Positions 12,586 to 25,329 of a stretch of 64,000 nucleotides of DNA are shown in pieces. A program made the position numbers and the translations under genes. The notes beneath the pieces were generated by a model that was not told where the DNA came from, searched no databases, and saw nothing but the letters and a program-made list of their open reading frames with translations. Position 1 is the first letter of the stretch. Each line of letters begins with the position of its first letter. The DNA is from Mizuhopecten yessoensis. Taxonomy: Eukaryota. The stretch lies in contig NW_018407093.1 in the NCBI RefSeq assembly GCF_002113885.1, positions 515,296-579,295 of the forward strand, given 5' to 3'.

Positions 12586-14839
12586 CCTTGTCTTCAAATA
12601 AAATGGACTTAATTCCCTTATTACATAACACAGAATAATTCATATCTGGTGAATTATTTTTTCGAATTTTGACAATATTTACAAATTTTATATGAAAACC
12701 CAATGATGAGGCAGTATAAAACCCTCTATGATAATTTTCCATTTATACCTCAATATATCTAATGTCACCATGACAACCAAATTATAACCCAATTTATAAT
12801 TATCTCTCATGTGACTGTAAGATACTGTTTTTAAACTTTGAGTCAAACTTGTTAAGCATAATCTGATGTGCGATATGATGTTTACTGTATGACAAGAGAC
12901 ACTTGTAGCCTGTCACCATTATGAGATGTACATACACAATGGTATAATCACATTTTATTTTATTCCTAAAACCAAATTTGTACTTTGCAGCTAACTGTTT
13001 CGTGGACCAATCCAAAAACAGCCAAGCATTCAGTCTGCACTGTATTGAGTTAAATGAGGTATAATGAAGCCAAAAACAGTTTAAACTGATTTGCCGAAAA
13101 ATGAAAAAGCAAAACACCAGACATCTCTGTTCCATCAGTGATCTCCGAGGTTCGAGTTAAGTACAAGCCGTACGTTGTTCCATCAGTGATCTCTGAGGTT
13201 CGAGTAAGTACAGACCGTACGTTGTTCCATCAGTGCTCTCTGAGGTTCGAGTAAGTACGGGCCGTACGTTGTTCCATCAGTGATCTCGGAGGTTCGAGTA
13301 AGTACAGGCCATTCGTTGTTCCATCAGTGATCTCTGTGGTTCGAGTAAGTACAGGCCGTACGTAGTTCCATCAGTGATCTCTGAGTTTCGAGTAAGTACA
13401 GGCCATACGTTGTTCCATCAGTGACCGCTGAGGTTCGAGTAAGTACAGACCGTACGTTGTTCCATCAGTGCTCTCTGAGGTTCGAGTAAGTACAGGCCAT
13501 ACGTTGTTCCATCAGTGATCTCCGAGGTTCGAGCTAGTACAGGCCATACGTTGTTCCATCAGTGATCTCTGAGGTTCGAGTAAGGAAAGGCCGTACGTTG
13601 TTCCATCAGGGATCTCCGAGGTTCGAGTTAGTACAGGCCATACGTTGTTACATCAGTGATCTCTGAGGTTCAATTGAAGAAATAAATTGTGGGCTGGGAC
13701 TAATGGAACCTTCAGAAGTTCAGGGAGAAATGTTAATACATAGATATAAAGAAATCTCTATCTTCAGTAAAATACGTTGTTCCATCAGTGCTCTCCGAGG
13801 TTCGAGCTAGTACGGGCCATTCGTTGTTCCATCAGTGATCCCTGAGGTTCGAGTAAGTACAGGTCATACGTTGTTCCATCAGTGATCACCGAGGTTCGAG
13901 TAAGCACAGGCCGTACGTTGTTCCATCAGTGATCTCCGAGGTTCGAGTTAAGTACAAGCCGTACGTTGTTCCATCAGTGATCTCTGAGGTTCGATTGAAG
14001 AAATAAATTGTGGGCTGGGACTAATGGAACCTTCAGAAGTTCAGGGAGAAATGTTAATACATAGATATAAAGAAATCTCTATCTTCAGTAAACGATTGAA
14101 GTTGGCAATTAAGTTTCCGTTAACTGGAGGACACAATGACTTTCCTAATGTATCTTAGTTGCAAAAACTTGCTGAACAGAATAATCAGACGTCATTGTAG
14201 TAAGTTGTCACAGCTAGTAGTAAATAGCTGGCTAGAATTTGATCTAGTAGTGTAAAAGTGATAAATAAGTGATTTTCTTTCATCAGAAAAAAAATTATAA
14301 TGACTAAACATTTATTTTTTATTTTTCGGCAAATCAGTTTAAACTGTTTATGGCTTCATTATACCTCATTTAACTCAAAACAGTGCAGACTGAATGCTTG
14401 GCTGTTTTTGGATTGGTCCACGAAATAATTAGCTGCAAAATACAAATTTGGTTTTAGATATAAAACAAACCGTGACTATACCATTGTATATATGTACATC
14501 TCATAATGGTGACAGGCTACAAGTGTCTCTTGTCATACAGTAAACATCATATCGCACATCAGATTATGCTTAACAAGTTTGACTCAAAGTTTAAAAACAG
14601 TATCTTACAGTCACATGAGAGATAATTATAAATTGGGTTATAATTTGGTTGTCATGGTGACATTAGAAATATTGAGGTATAAATGGAAAATTATCATAGA
14701 GGGTTTTATACTGCCTCATCTTTGGGTTTTCATATAAAATTTGTAAATATTGTCAAAATTCGAAAAAATAATTCACCAGATATGAATTATTCTGGGTTAT
14801 GTAATAAAGGAATTAAGTCCATTTTATTTGAAGACAAGG
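12586..14839. repeat. ~525-bp inverted repeat (arms 12586-13108 and ~14315-14839)
   Basis: Near-identical ORF MENYHRGFY... appears on both strands; arms align by eye with scattered substitutions. Confidence 0.93.
13128..13995. repeat. 47-bp minisatellite (CGTACGTTGTTCCATCAGTGATCTCTGAGGTTCGAGTAAGTACAGGC), interrupted by a ~100-bp block
   Basis: Period measured directly; interruption at ~13674-13771. Confidence 0.93.
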
Positions 14840-14993
14840 CCAAGATGTTAGGCTATACAATACAACAAAAGTTAATGGCTATCCAAGGACAGTTGTTTAA
14901 GTAGTAATTACATCCATTAAATACACAGAGTTAATTCTCAATCGTTAACAAACTTCAGTGATATTATTTCACAAGTCTGTGAAATAATAAGTT

Positions 14994-15310
14994 ATTGAAG
15001 AAATAAATTGTGGGCTGGGACTAATGGAACCTTCAGAAGTTCAGGGAGAAATGTTAATACATAAATATAAAGAAATCTCTATCTTCAGTAAACGATTGAA
15101 GTTGGCAAGTTACCGTTAACTGGAGGACACAATGACTTTCCTAATGTATCTTAGTTGCAAAAACTTGCTGAACAGAATAATCAGACGTCATTGTAGTAAG
15201 TTGTCACAGCTAGTAGTAAATAGCTGGCTAGAATTTGATCTAGTAGTGTAAAAGTGATAAATAGGTGATTTTCTTTCATCAGAAAAAAATTTATAATGAC
15301 TAAACATTTT
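14994..15310 (+). repeat. ~320-bp direct duplicate of 13994-14313 (partial third copy at 13674-13771)
   Basis: ATTGAAGAAATAAATTGTGGGCTGGGAC...GACTAAACATTT recurs. Confidence 0.9.
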
Positions 15311-15574
15311 TGTGTTTCTCAATCCATTTCCTAGGGCCACAACATTGTGAAGATTTCACTCATACCTGTGACAAATACCATATAAACGCTTTTCTCTTTT
15401 ATCTTGACCTGATGAAGATAAATTAGTCAACACAATATTTAAATTTACATCCAGCCAAGCCTGAAAACAACACAGGCTCATGTAAATAAGTACATTTTAC
15501 AACACAACACAGCAAATATCAACGCAATCTTAAATGGCTCTGCTGAATAAAGAATTATTAGAATGCTACACATG

Positions 15575-15795
15575 CAGGCACATGTGAATCAAAGATTTAC
15601 AATACAACACAGGCACATGTGAATCAAAGATTTACAATACAACACGGGCACATGTGAATCAAAGATTTACAATAAAACACAGGCATACAACATATATCTG
15701 ACCTAGATCTAACATTATTAGGATACAACACAGGTAATACAACATATACCTGACCTAGATCTAACATTATTAGGATACAACACAGGTAATACAAT
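15575..15795. repeat. Short tandem duplications (35-bp x3, ~52-bp x2)
   Basis: CAGGCACATGTGAATCAAAGATTTACAATACAACA x3; TGACCTAGATCTAACATTATTAGGATACAACACAGG x2. Confidence 0.8.
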
Positions 15796-16505
15796 CCACA
15801 ATATTTTCTCTCCTGTAGAACTGGCTCAATTACCCAATGGCATCTACTCCTGAATCAATGTTGAGATCATCCAACTTTCTGTAAAATATAAGGAAATATA
15901 ATCTAAACATATTTTTGAAATGACCTAAGCCACCACCACTCCCGCTATCTATATAGATATATAGGTAGTGTGTCACTACAGGTGTCTTCCCACACAGCTA
16001 CACACCTGATCTAATGTCTAACTCCTAAATTCCTAAAATCAGTCCAACCATACCTTGATCCTGACTAGTCTATTGTGAGAGAAGGGGCTCCAGGGTAAGA
16101 AAACAAACCATATCTGTTATGAGTATCTTTATCAGAATTTCTGCGGTCTTTAGCTTAAATTAAAGTCTAGTCCTTTACAACTGATTCGATAGCTCATCTG
16201 TTTGACACGGAGACTATCAGCGATTGTCTTGGTTTTAACAGACAGGTTCTATTACCGAGGAAGAGAATAATACAAATTCCCATTTTAGTCGAAAGTTTAT
16301 ATCAGTGTCCTGTTCGCAGTGACAGGAAATACCAACTTAAGCTTAACTTGACGAGGAACACTTGACGTTTTTACGTTACAAAGATACTCTAGGATTAATA
16401 CAACAGTGTGGCGTTGTGTCGTATGATCTGGTCATACTTGAGACGTTCGATGGATTAAGCCACCAAGGGATAGTCGTAAGACAGACCATCGGACCCTGAT
16501 AAAAC

Positions 16506-16535
16506 ATGAACAATCATCCTATAGTGCCTGTCCAG
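16506..16535 (+). CDS. Candidate alternative first coding exon (MNNHPIVPVQ)
   Basis: aaaacATG context, CAG|gtttgt donor, phase 0 matching the 24196 acceptor. Confidence 0.4.
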
Positions 16536-16764
16536 GTTTGTGTCCATTACTCCTAACTTATACTGTCAGTATATATTTACCTGTCCCATTAGTGGGTCAT
16601 TTGTGCAAGCATACTTCAGTGTACCGAGACATTTTTGCTGCAGATACATTTTTTAACTTTTTCGTCTTACTTTTATCATAACAGCAAATATTAATAAACA
16701 TATAAGTAAATGTAGTAATCAGATGTAAAGGCCGAAGTTTACACTATAGTTGTCATGGATTTTA

Positions 16765-17533
16765 TCATTGTAGATGTAGGGAGTTTACCATTGTAGATGT
16801 AGAGAGTTTACCATTGTAAATGTAGGGAGTTTATACCATTATAGATGTAGGGAGTTTACCATTATAGATGTAGTGATTTTACCATTGTAGATGTAGGGAG
16901 TTACCATTATAGATGTAGGGAGTTTACCATTGTGGATGTAGGGAGTTTACCATTATAGATGTTGGGAGTTTACCATTGTAGATGTAGGGAGTTTACCGTT
17001 GTAGATGTAGAGAGTTTACCGCTGTAGATGTAGGGAGTTTACCATTGTAGATGTAGGGAGTTTACCGTTGTAGATGTAGGGAGTTTACCATTGTAGATGT
17101 AGAGAGTTTACCACTGTAAATGTAGGGAGTTTACCATTGGAGTTAACCATTGTAGATGTAGGGAGTTTACCGTTGTAGATATAGGGAGTTTACCGTTGTA
17201 GATGTAGGGAGTTTACCGCTGTAGATGTAGGGAGTTTACCGCTGTAGATGTAGGGAGTTTACCATTGTAGATGTAGAGAGTTTACCGTTGTAAATGTAGG
17301 GAGTTTACCATTGGAGATGTAGGGAGTTTACCATTATAGATGTAGGGAGTTTACCATTGTAGATGTAGGGAGTTTACCATTATAGATGTAGGGAGTTTAC
17401 CATTGTAGATGTAGAGAGTTTACCATTGGAGATAACCATTGTAGATGTAGGGAGTTTACCGTTGTAGATGTAGGGAGTTTACCGCTGTAGATGTAGGAAG
17501 TTTACCATTTTAGATGTAGGGAGTTTACCATTG
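16765..17533. repeat. 23-bp minisatellite (TTACCATTGTAGATGTAGGGAGT)
   Basis: Period measured directly. Confidence 0.95.
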
Positions 17534-18084
17534 AAGGGTAAAAGTTTGACTGGGCTGATACAGTATAGTAAGATAATCATGATCCAAACCAAAGTGTAAG
17601 GTAACCTTTGTTTGTACTCACTTCTTTTACCCTTCAGGATCATGTCCTTAAGTAAAACACAGTAATTAGTGTCACTATCAGTTAAAATTTACACAATCTG
17701 CATTACAACTGGTGTATGATTTCTGCAGTGAAACCTGTACATAAAGACCAGCAAAAAACCCAATGATGACAGTTATCACTCTGTGGTTAGGGGTTGTGTG
17801 TAATTACAGCACATCTAGATTCCTATCTAAGCCGACCCGTGTCTAATAGAGATCCCTTTCTATCAGCTTTATTTGGTTTCAATAATTCCTTTTACTTCAA
17901 CCCTGCCAGTATGGACACTGTCTAGTCTGGAGACTGTCTAGTCTGGACACTCTCTACTCTGGACACTCTCTACCCTGGACACTTTCTACTCTGAAGACTG
18001 ACAATGTTATCTAAAACAACCTGTTCTTAAAGAAAACTACAGTGGAAATCTTAGTGTTTTGCCTGCAGTGGGACCGGGATCCGT

Positions 18085-18174
18085 AACCCTTTCACCACCA
18101 TAGACCATAATGGACTCATCCAAATATATGTATGGTAGGGTCTACTAAAGTTAATTAGGGATGAAAGGGTTAAG
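18085..18174. mobile_element. Related short MITE with AACCCTTTCA...TGAAAGGGTTAA ends
   Basis: Inverted termini and similar length to the family above; CCCT termini are piggyBac-like. Confidence 0.55.
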
Positions 18175-18311
18175 ACTGCAGATTTTTTTGGAAGACTTTG
18201 GACTCAACTGTTGTTATTTGTATCATTATCTGAAAGTCAGGAATTTTCCAAATTTCTAGTGAATTATGATTATCAATAAACGTGTATTCATGTATAACAA
18301 AAATGACCTAT

Positions 18312-18699
18312 TTAAGGAAGAGAGTTCCACCACCTTTCTGCTGCATACTGCGTTAGATTTAATGCTTCGCTATTGAATACAAAGATAATTAAATATAGGT
18401 TGTGGATATTTTAAGGCAGGTTGAAATTATGAGCAGTAATGTTGTAGAAATGATGGCTCAATGCTTTATATAATCAAGAGGTCCTAGCTAAAGGATCGAA
18501 TCCTCATAATGGATATCGAGCCCAGATGTTTTTTGCGAAAAAGAAATATAAAAAAAAGAAACAAACTTTCATATATATATTATTTACTCTTTCCCATTAT
18601 AATTGGTCAAGCCAATTTAAGTCAGAAAAATGTCAAATAATTGGAACTCTTTTTAATTGGAGATACAGAGACACAAAGCAATGGGACGCTCTACCTTAA
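18312..18699. mobile_element. Possible Kolobok-like MITE (TTAA|GG termini)
   Basis: TTAAGGAAGAGAGTTCC ... GGGACGCTCTACCTTAA form imperfect inverted ends (14/17 including TTAA). Confidence 0.4.
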
Positions 18700-20439
18700 T
18701 GCCTTATTACACATGTACACACTATAGGGTGGCACGTACAACTCCAGTAAATTGACACGAACTAAACAGGTGGTTAGATTATAAGTACAAACCCAACAGA
18801 ATACTAGACAGTATCAATTTCAAACCAGCTACAGAATTATAGCTGAAGATTAATGTCGTTACACACCTTTGATTTGTTTACCTGTGATCATTATGACAGA
18901 AGCTAAAAAAGTTCAATAAGATAGATCTTGTTACATATTGCTCAGATTGCACAGAAATTACAGAGATTGGCGTTTTTACAGTATATATATGAATGAAAGC
19001 TTTTATAATCTCCGATCAATGGCACGTGAAGATCTTTGGGGAAATAAATGTTACTTGTAGCATTGAAAATAATTTAAGGTTTGAGCATAGTAATTAAAAT
19101 ATCATAATATCTACGTATACCCCCTGTGCTGGAGATATATGTCTTGATCACCCTGTTCCCAATTTCATCCAGGTGGCAATATCCCAAATATGACCAGGAA
19201 AAAACTTCACTTATCTTCAGATTTTCTGACAATTGATCAAGTAATAGCAAGAAAAGAAAAAAAGTATAGCTTTTATGTTGTTCATGATAGTGACTTAAAA
19301 TAATTGGAAAAAGTGAAATGTTTTGACTACCGTCCAACGTATACCTGCGCTCAGAATCTGATGGAATAGCAAACACACATAATTTTATTAAGCTTTTATG
19401 ATTTCTGTGAAACAGAAAAGATTTATTTCTGTAATATACATAAAGTATCATTTCTGTGGGACAGTGTAGATATCAGTTTGTATCAGTAATATCTATTTGT
19501 TGTGAAATAGTGTAGTTTATTTTCTGTAATATACGTAAAGTATCATTTCTGTGGGACAGTGTAGATTTCAGTTTGTAATATCTATTTTTTGTGAAGTAGT
19601 GTTGATTTCTGTCTATAATAAACGTCTAGTATCATTTGATTTCCTCTGAGGACATTTTAACACCACATGTGTATAATATATTGGAAGGAATTTGTAAGGT
19701 GCTTGACCTAGTACCATTGTGTATATATAGGCTATTTCTACCTTAATACCTGGCTGGTATACCTGTCACAGGTAAACATATATATATTAATACAGGTATG
19801 TGACCACCAAATTAAAGCAGGGATATATTTACATGAACTCGGTGGTGTTTTTATTTTTATAACAATTTATGGAGTGTATTTGCCTGTTTATGTGGAGTAT
19901 GAATTAGTCTGAATGCCACTCTCATATACATACAACACACTAGACATGTTTATGAATATCAAGTCAGTCTTTACTTTTAGTTTCGTGGCAAAATGAACCT
20001 AAGTTTAAAAAAGTCACTTAAAGTGTTTGAGTAAAAATATTGAGAGGTGCACCCTACCCAAACGTTCAAGGAAACTGTTTACCTGGAATTACTGGAGCAT
20101 TCACTGTGAGGTGTTGAGTGGAATTTTTACCTGTGTTTGATTGCGAGGACGTCGATGAGGACAGTCTATTGTTTGTGTGACATAATATGTGCATCCCTGG
20201 ATTAAATTGACCTTTGGGGTCATCAGATAAGTCTTTACACCTGTGTCAGGTAGTCAGCATGGTGAGTAAGGCAGTGTACATACCACACCTGTAGCGTCAC
20301 AGGTGTGACATTTAGTGTTGTGATGTTAAGTATACATGTATATATCCTCTTTCTCCTTCTCTGTAACTCTTATGTCTTCCTTTTCAACATTCTCTCTGCC
20401 ACCAACTTATCTTCAGCTGAACATCACTTAGTGATTATA

Positions 20440-20660
20440 AAACGGTCCCTGGTGGTTGGATGGTGTCGAGGATAGCTCATTTGCCTTTCCGCAAGACAGG
20501 AAGGGTCACCTGCCTGACCATGTGGGTTTTCTCCAGGTATTGTGTGGTCAGTTTTCCCCCATATAAAGAACCCCTGTACAGTACCACTTGGGATATCAAG
20601 AGTGATTAATATCAGCCGATAGGACTTGCTTATCATAATTGCTGTTAAATTATAAAGTTT
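20440..20660 (+). mobile_element. Degenerate tRNA-headed SINE (V-domain-like core GTGGGTTTTCTCCAGGTA)
   Basis: Core resembles the GGTTTTCTCCGGGTACTCCGGTTTCC motif of V-SINEs (recalled, not searched). Confidence 0.45.
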
Positions 20661-20769
20661 AAGTTGAAAATATAAATTTTATTTATTTTACAACAATTAT
20701 GAATTAAGTTTTTTCAACTTATATTAATCACTCTTGTTGGCCCGGATGTTAGTGTAGATGCTAGCGCAT

Positions 20770-20916
20770 GGGGTGGGGGGGTTCTGGGAGGAAACCGGAG
20801 AACCCAGAGAAAACCCACGTGGTAGGGCAGGTGACCCCAAATTTTTCACATCTGATCAGGGAATCAAACCCTGACAGCCTTGTCGAACGGTAAGTGCACT
20901 ATCCCCTGCACCACCC
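20770..20916 (-). mobile_element. SINE of the same family in inverted orientation
   Basis: GGAGGAAACCGGAGAACCCAGAGAAAACCCAC core and B-box-like GGGAATCAAACCC read on the minus strand. Confidence 0.6.
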
Positions 20917-20938
20917 AAACTAATAAATGTTAAGTTAG

Positions 20939-21250
20939 TGTAACAGAGCGCATGATTAATTAAATATGAATCACTACCTCCGCATGGGATCGAACCCGGG
21001 ACCTCTGGCTTACTAGTCTAACGCTCAACCGATCGAGCTAAAGAGAAGTTCTCTATAGCCGAGCGATATATTGCGGCTAGTATTTACCAGGGTTACATAC
21101 TCCCCTTCCAGGAAAGAACTCGTCCTCGAGTTTTCCAGGGGTAACTGCGATGCTTGTGGAGCAAGGCCGAGTATTTTTCCCGGGTCCCTACGTGGGCGCC
21201 AATGTAACAGAGGTTATTATTTTTTCAATGCCGTATTTACCAGGGTTACA
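20939..21250 (-). mobile_element. Miniature non-autonomous LTR retroelement (TRIM) with tRNA-derived LTR
   Basis: Two LTRs share the ends TGTAACAGAG...GTATTTACCAGGGTTACA (20939-21097; internally deleted copy 21203-21250). PBS TGGCGCCCACGTAGGG and PPT GGAAGGGGAG on the minus strand. 4-bp TSD TTAG at 20935-20938 and 21251-21254. Confidence 0.85.
20976..21046 (-). pseudogene. tRNA-like sequence (Thr-AGT-like loop) inside the TRIM LTR; not a functional tRNA
   Basis: A box TAGCTCGATCGG, loop CTAGTAA, B box GGTTCGATCCC; acceptor and anticodon stems poorly paired. Confidence 0.65.
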
Positions 21251-21582
21251 TTAGGATCCACTATAACCTATCTACCTGTATCCGTCTGCCTAACAATCTA
21301 ACCTATTTGAATGTCCCTCGATCTACAAACTTACTAAAACAAGTTTACAATTTGTGACTGATCTGATTGACAGGATCCACTCAGAGTGAATCAAAGCTGT
21401 TCTCAGAAGTATATCCTGGTTCACTATATCTGGCAAAATGTAAAATAAGAATTTGTCGGTCCTTTTCATTACTTATATTGATTCAACATGGAGTTAAAAT
21501 TGTATACAATCTATGTAAATCAGCTACTTGCAGGACACTTATTAAGAGAATTATATTAAGATGGATCGCAAGTTTGTAAATA

Positions 21583-21880
21583 TTTTTGTGTCGCCTGCGA
21601 AAAGCTGGTGGCACATAGGTATTGCGATAACTTGAGTTTCCTTGGGCCGATCAAACTCAAACTTCATGCAGTGCTTCCTTACCAAAAGTGCTTGCTTGGG
21701 ATTGCTTTTCAGGTCCGCAGGTCAAAGGTCAAGGTCACTGTTACTATAAATAGAAAATATGTTTTCGTGCGATAACTTGAGTTTCCTTGGGCCGATCAAA
21801 CTCAAACTTCATTCAGTGCTGAGCACAATCTCCCAGCTTCCTGTGCAGGCGACACATCCACTTCCGTGGAATTCTCGTGT
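21583..21880 (+). mobile_element. Helentron-associated (HINE/pearl-like) non-autonomous element
   Basis: T-run plus subterminal IR TGTGTCGCCTGC ... GCAGGCGACACA, then 3' hairpin TCCAC-TTCC-GTGGA; internal duplicated core with GGTCAAAGGTCAAGGTCA. Confidence 0.65.
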
Positions 21881-23539
21881 TTACATGCATGGATCAGCTT
21901 GTTCAACGACCAACACCTTGCTGGTCAGACCCCTGAAATAAATTGACATGCCATGTTTATTTCATGACCCCAGGATTCACTACAATCTCTTGAATTACAC
22001 GCTATAAATATGACAAGCCGTCAGCTCTTCTTGCACTGCTATAAGTAATAAATAATTCAGATCCAGAAAATAATCTCTATCTGTGTAAATCGGCAGTTTA
22101 CGCTTTAGGACCAGTTTTCACAATTATGCATCCCTTCATTTTGGGAAACTTATTAAATGCCTGCAAAGTTGAGCACCCCTTTTACTAAACTGTATTTTAA
22201 ATCTCAATTTCAAGAATATCATTTCAATTTAACAGTATATGGCTTTTTGCCAGAGGAAACAATTATTGTCTGTAAAATATATAAGTAAAATAAGTATACA
22301 ACTTCTTTATAGAAAAGCAATTACGACCATATTCCTGTAATGGGCCTATTTGCTGATAATTACCTAATAATAATTTTGTAAACTATAAACCAGCCTCTGT
22401 AAATTAAAGTCGCTGTGGTGCGTGCAGATATGATGTTATCAGAAATGGGTTAAATGATTGTAAGCCTAAAATAGTTTGATTATAAAATGAATCTACTGTC
22501 TGCCATTTTCGCTGTTTGTCGCCATGTATACGTAGTGTCAAGGTCGACCTCGTTGCAATGTGCAGCCTTTTTTTAAACAGCTGGTCAATATTTATCAGGA
22601 ATCACATGACACAATTCCAGCCAATCAGGAGGGGTATCATTTTTGTTTCTAACAAATAAAAATGTGATGTACTTAAAACTGAGATTTCAGTCATTCTTCA
22701 GCATTTAGACTTCATTATGGTATATACATGATGTATTACATATGTATAACAGAATTGGGCAAGATTTTTAATAGTTTTAGAAAATCCTCCTGAGCTGAAG
22801 TTATCTCCCTTTGTAGTAAATTGTTCTGGACTATAATAGGAAATACTTTGTACAGTGTGTGTGGTGTGTTCTGAGGGGTTAGGTAATGATTTTGTAACTG
22901 TTAAAAGACAGAATACGGGATATACTGAGAAAACTGGAGCTACAACTTCAATGGTGGAGATAAACGGGTAAATTACCTGTGTCAATAAAAGATTGATACG
23001 ATGAATCATATAGGTCAGTTTATGATCTAACCGGACACAATATATATGATAACAACAACAGACATACTTTTTTGAACTGGTTTTGTTTAAATTCAAACTA
23101 CAAGAATTAAGCTCTTGCGTGTGACTGGTTTAGTCGTACACAGGATCAAGGTCGCCTTTGAGGGAAGCTCCCTGTAGCTCAATGGGTAGAGCGGACTGAG
23201 AAGCTGGTTCACTACTTAGATCCCAGTTAGAAGCACACTACTTACTTTCCTGTTATAAATGGTGTTCGGGGCCCTCTCTGTGGTGACAGGGAGGTAGAAC
23301 CTCATGGTCGGTGTGGTGTTCAGGGGCAAACACATTTAAAACCGTTGTTTACACCTGCCCTACCCTACTTGTCTATATGTAAGCATTTTTGAACACCTCT
23401 ACACTGTTTCCCTGGCAATACCTTTTGATGTTTTGACATTTTTTTCATGTTGATGTAAGTGTACAAGTTTGTTATTCCTGGCTGGTGGTTTGATTTAGTG
23501 AATGAGAATTGAACATGACCATTAATTATTCACATTGGA

Positions 23540-24175
23540 TATAGTGACCCTATAGTCTAGCATCAAGATGACATTGAAGGCACTACTGTCTATATGGACA
23601 ATTGTCTATTGTGACCACTATATATACTGACTACTTTTATGTTGATGTTTGTAGTGACCACTGTCTATTATAGTGACAACTGCCTATACTGATCACTTAT
23701 CCATCGATTAATGGTAGTGACCACCGTCTTTACTGACCTCTTCTACATTGTGTTTATAGTGATCACTGTCTAAACTGACCAGCCTAATGTGACCACTGTA
23801 TATACTGACCACTTCTTCAAATTGATGTTCGTAGCGTGTGAACACTGCTTACAGTGACCACTGTATAAAGCAACCACTCCTACACTGAGGTTTATAGTAT
23901 ACTGTCTATTGTGACCACTGTCTAAAGCAACCACTCATAAAATAAGGTGTATAGTCTACTGTATATAGTGACCACTGTCTAAAGCAACCACTCCTACAAT
24001 GAGGTGTAGATCCTACTGTATATTGTGACCACTGTCTAAAGCAACCACTCCTACAATGAGGTGTATAGTCTACTGTCTATTGTGACCACCGTCTCAAGCA
24101 ACCACTCCAATGATATATAAAGTCTACTGTATATTGCGACCACTGTTTATATCGACCACTATCAATAGTGATGTT
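23540..24175. repeat. Degenerate GTGACCACTGTCTA repeat, 57-bp period in its 3' part, ending just before the 24196 acceptor
   Basis: Units at 23911, 23968, 24025, 24082. Confidence 0.8.
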
Positions 24176-24195
24176 TACATGTTGATATTTTACAG

Positions 24196-24321
24196 GATGG
24201 TGATGCTCACCAACAACTAGAAAACCTTAAGAAGACAAAATCAGAGCTGCTCAAGAAAATCACCGACCTCAAACAGCAGATAGTGGAGATAGAGAACCAG
24301 GAGAATGAGGCCATCAGAGAG
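24196..24321 (+). CDS. PHLDB: PHLDB-like coiled-coil exon (DGDAHQQLENLKKTKSELLKKITDLKQQIVEIENQENEAIRE); not in the ORF track
   Basis: ttttacAG acceptor, GAG|gtagag donor, 126 nt, phase 0-0. Joins directly to LEMERALL as in PHLDB proteins. Confidence 0.9.
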
Positions 24322-25329
24322 GTAGAGTATAGACAGAAACAGATTTACATTGTCACAGTAACAAATGATAGAACTCCAGCATGACAGTGACACTCCTGTA
24401 GAACTGGACTACACAGTATCAACACCATGTAAACAGATCAGAAACTTTGGCTGACATCCGATTGCCTTGATCTATCATCACTATATACGGACAATCCAGC
24501 ACTATGATGAACTCAGCTTGTTATCAATTTTTTTTTATACAGAATAGAGAAATCAAACTACCAAAAGACAACATTATCCAATCAATGAGAAACATATTTT
24601 ACTCCACACTCTAAAGTTTGATTTATTTGAGAAAGAAATATTAAAATCATCTCAAATATATAGTATTTAATTTTTCGCTGCAATTTCATTTTCATCTTTT
24701 TCACCCGCCGTAATGAGGGCGAATATATCATTACAGGGAGGATAAGTACACAAGACAATATGCAAAGTAAATAAATGTGAAGGGAGAAATAACACTGGGC
24801 AAATATGGATGATTCTGGCAAAGGGTGAAAACTTGCCAGTATTCAGTATCCATTTGTGAATATATTCAACTGCAATTGAATCCTTAACTCAAGTTTTATA
24901 CTTTAAAACAATGATGTACCTCTCTGTATAGTTTTAAAGGGAAAGATATTGATTTAAATTTCTTATTCATATCATGTAATATTCCATATCTCAAAGACCA
25001 TAAGGACTTACCCAGTCTTTAACCAAGAACAGACAACAGTCATACACCATTTCTGGATAAGACATGTGTAACTAAGTCAGGTTAACATGTCTATGATATA
25101 AATATAATTGTGTATAACTAGTCAGTGTAATCAACCCAAAAAACATTGGTAATATTACAATTAATGAGAATATTTTGCCATCATTCCTTAAATATGTAGT
25201 TGACCAATACAGGTCATCTGGGCCTCTTTTTCATTGTGGTTTTATTGGTGTGGTTGTTATTGTTTTATTGTTGTGTGATGTCATGTTTTTCTGCCATGAT
25301 TTTATTTATCGTGGTTGCTATGGTTACAG

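Noticed and set aside
13128-13995. CRISPR-like or tRNA-array appearance of the 47-bp repeat (GGTTCGAGT)
   Set aside because: No unique spacers, eukaryotic intron, incomplete B box, and no A box or cloverleaf. The same applies to the other arrays.
12536-14904. Duplicated MENYHRGFY... ORF pair as a gene family
   Set aside because: AT-rich chance ORF duplicated by the inverted repeat; ends diverge at the arm boundary.
20976-21046. Functional tRNA-Thr gene
   Set aside because: Stems do not pair properly and the sequence is embedded in an LTR.
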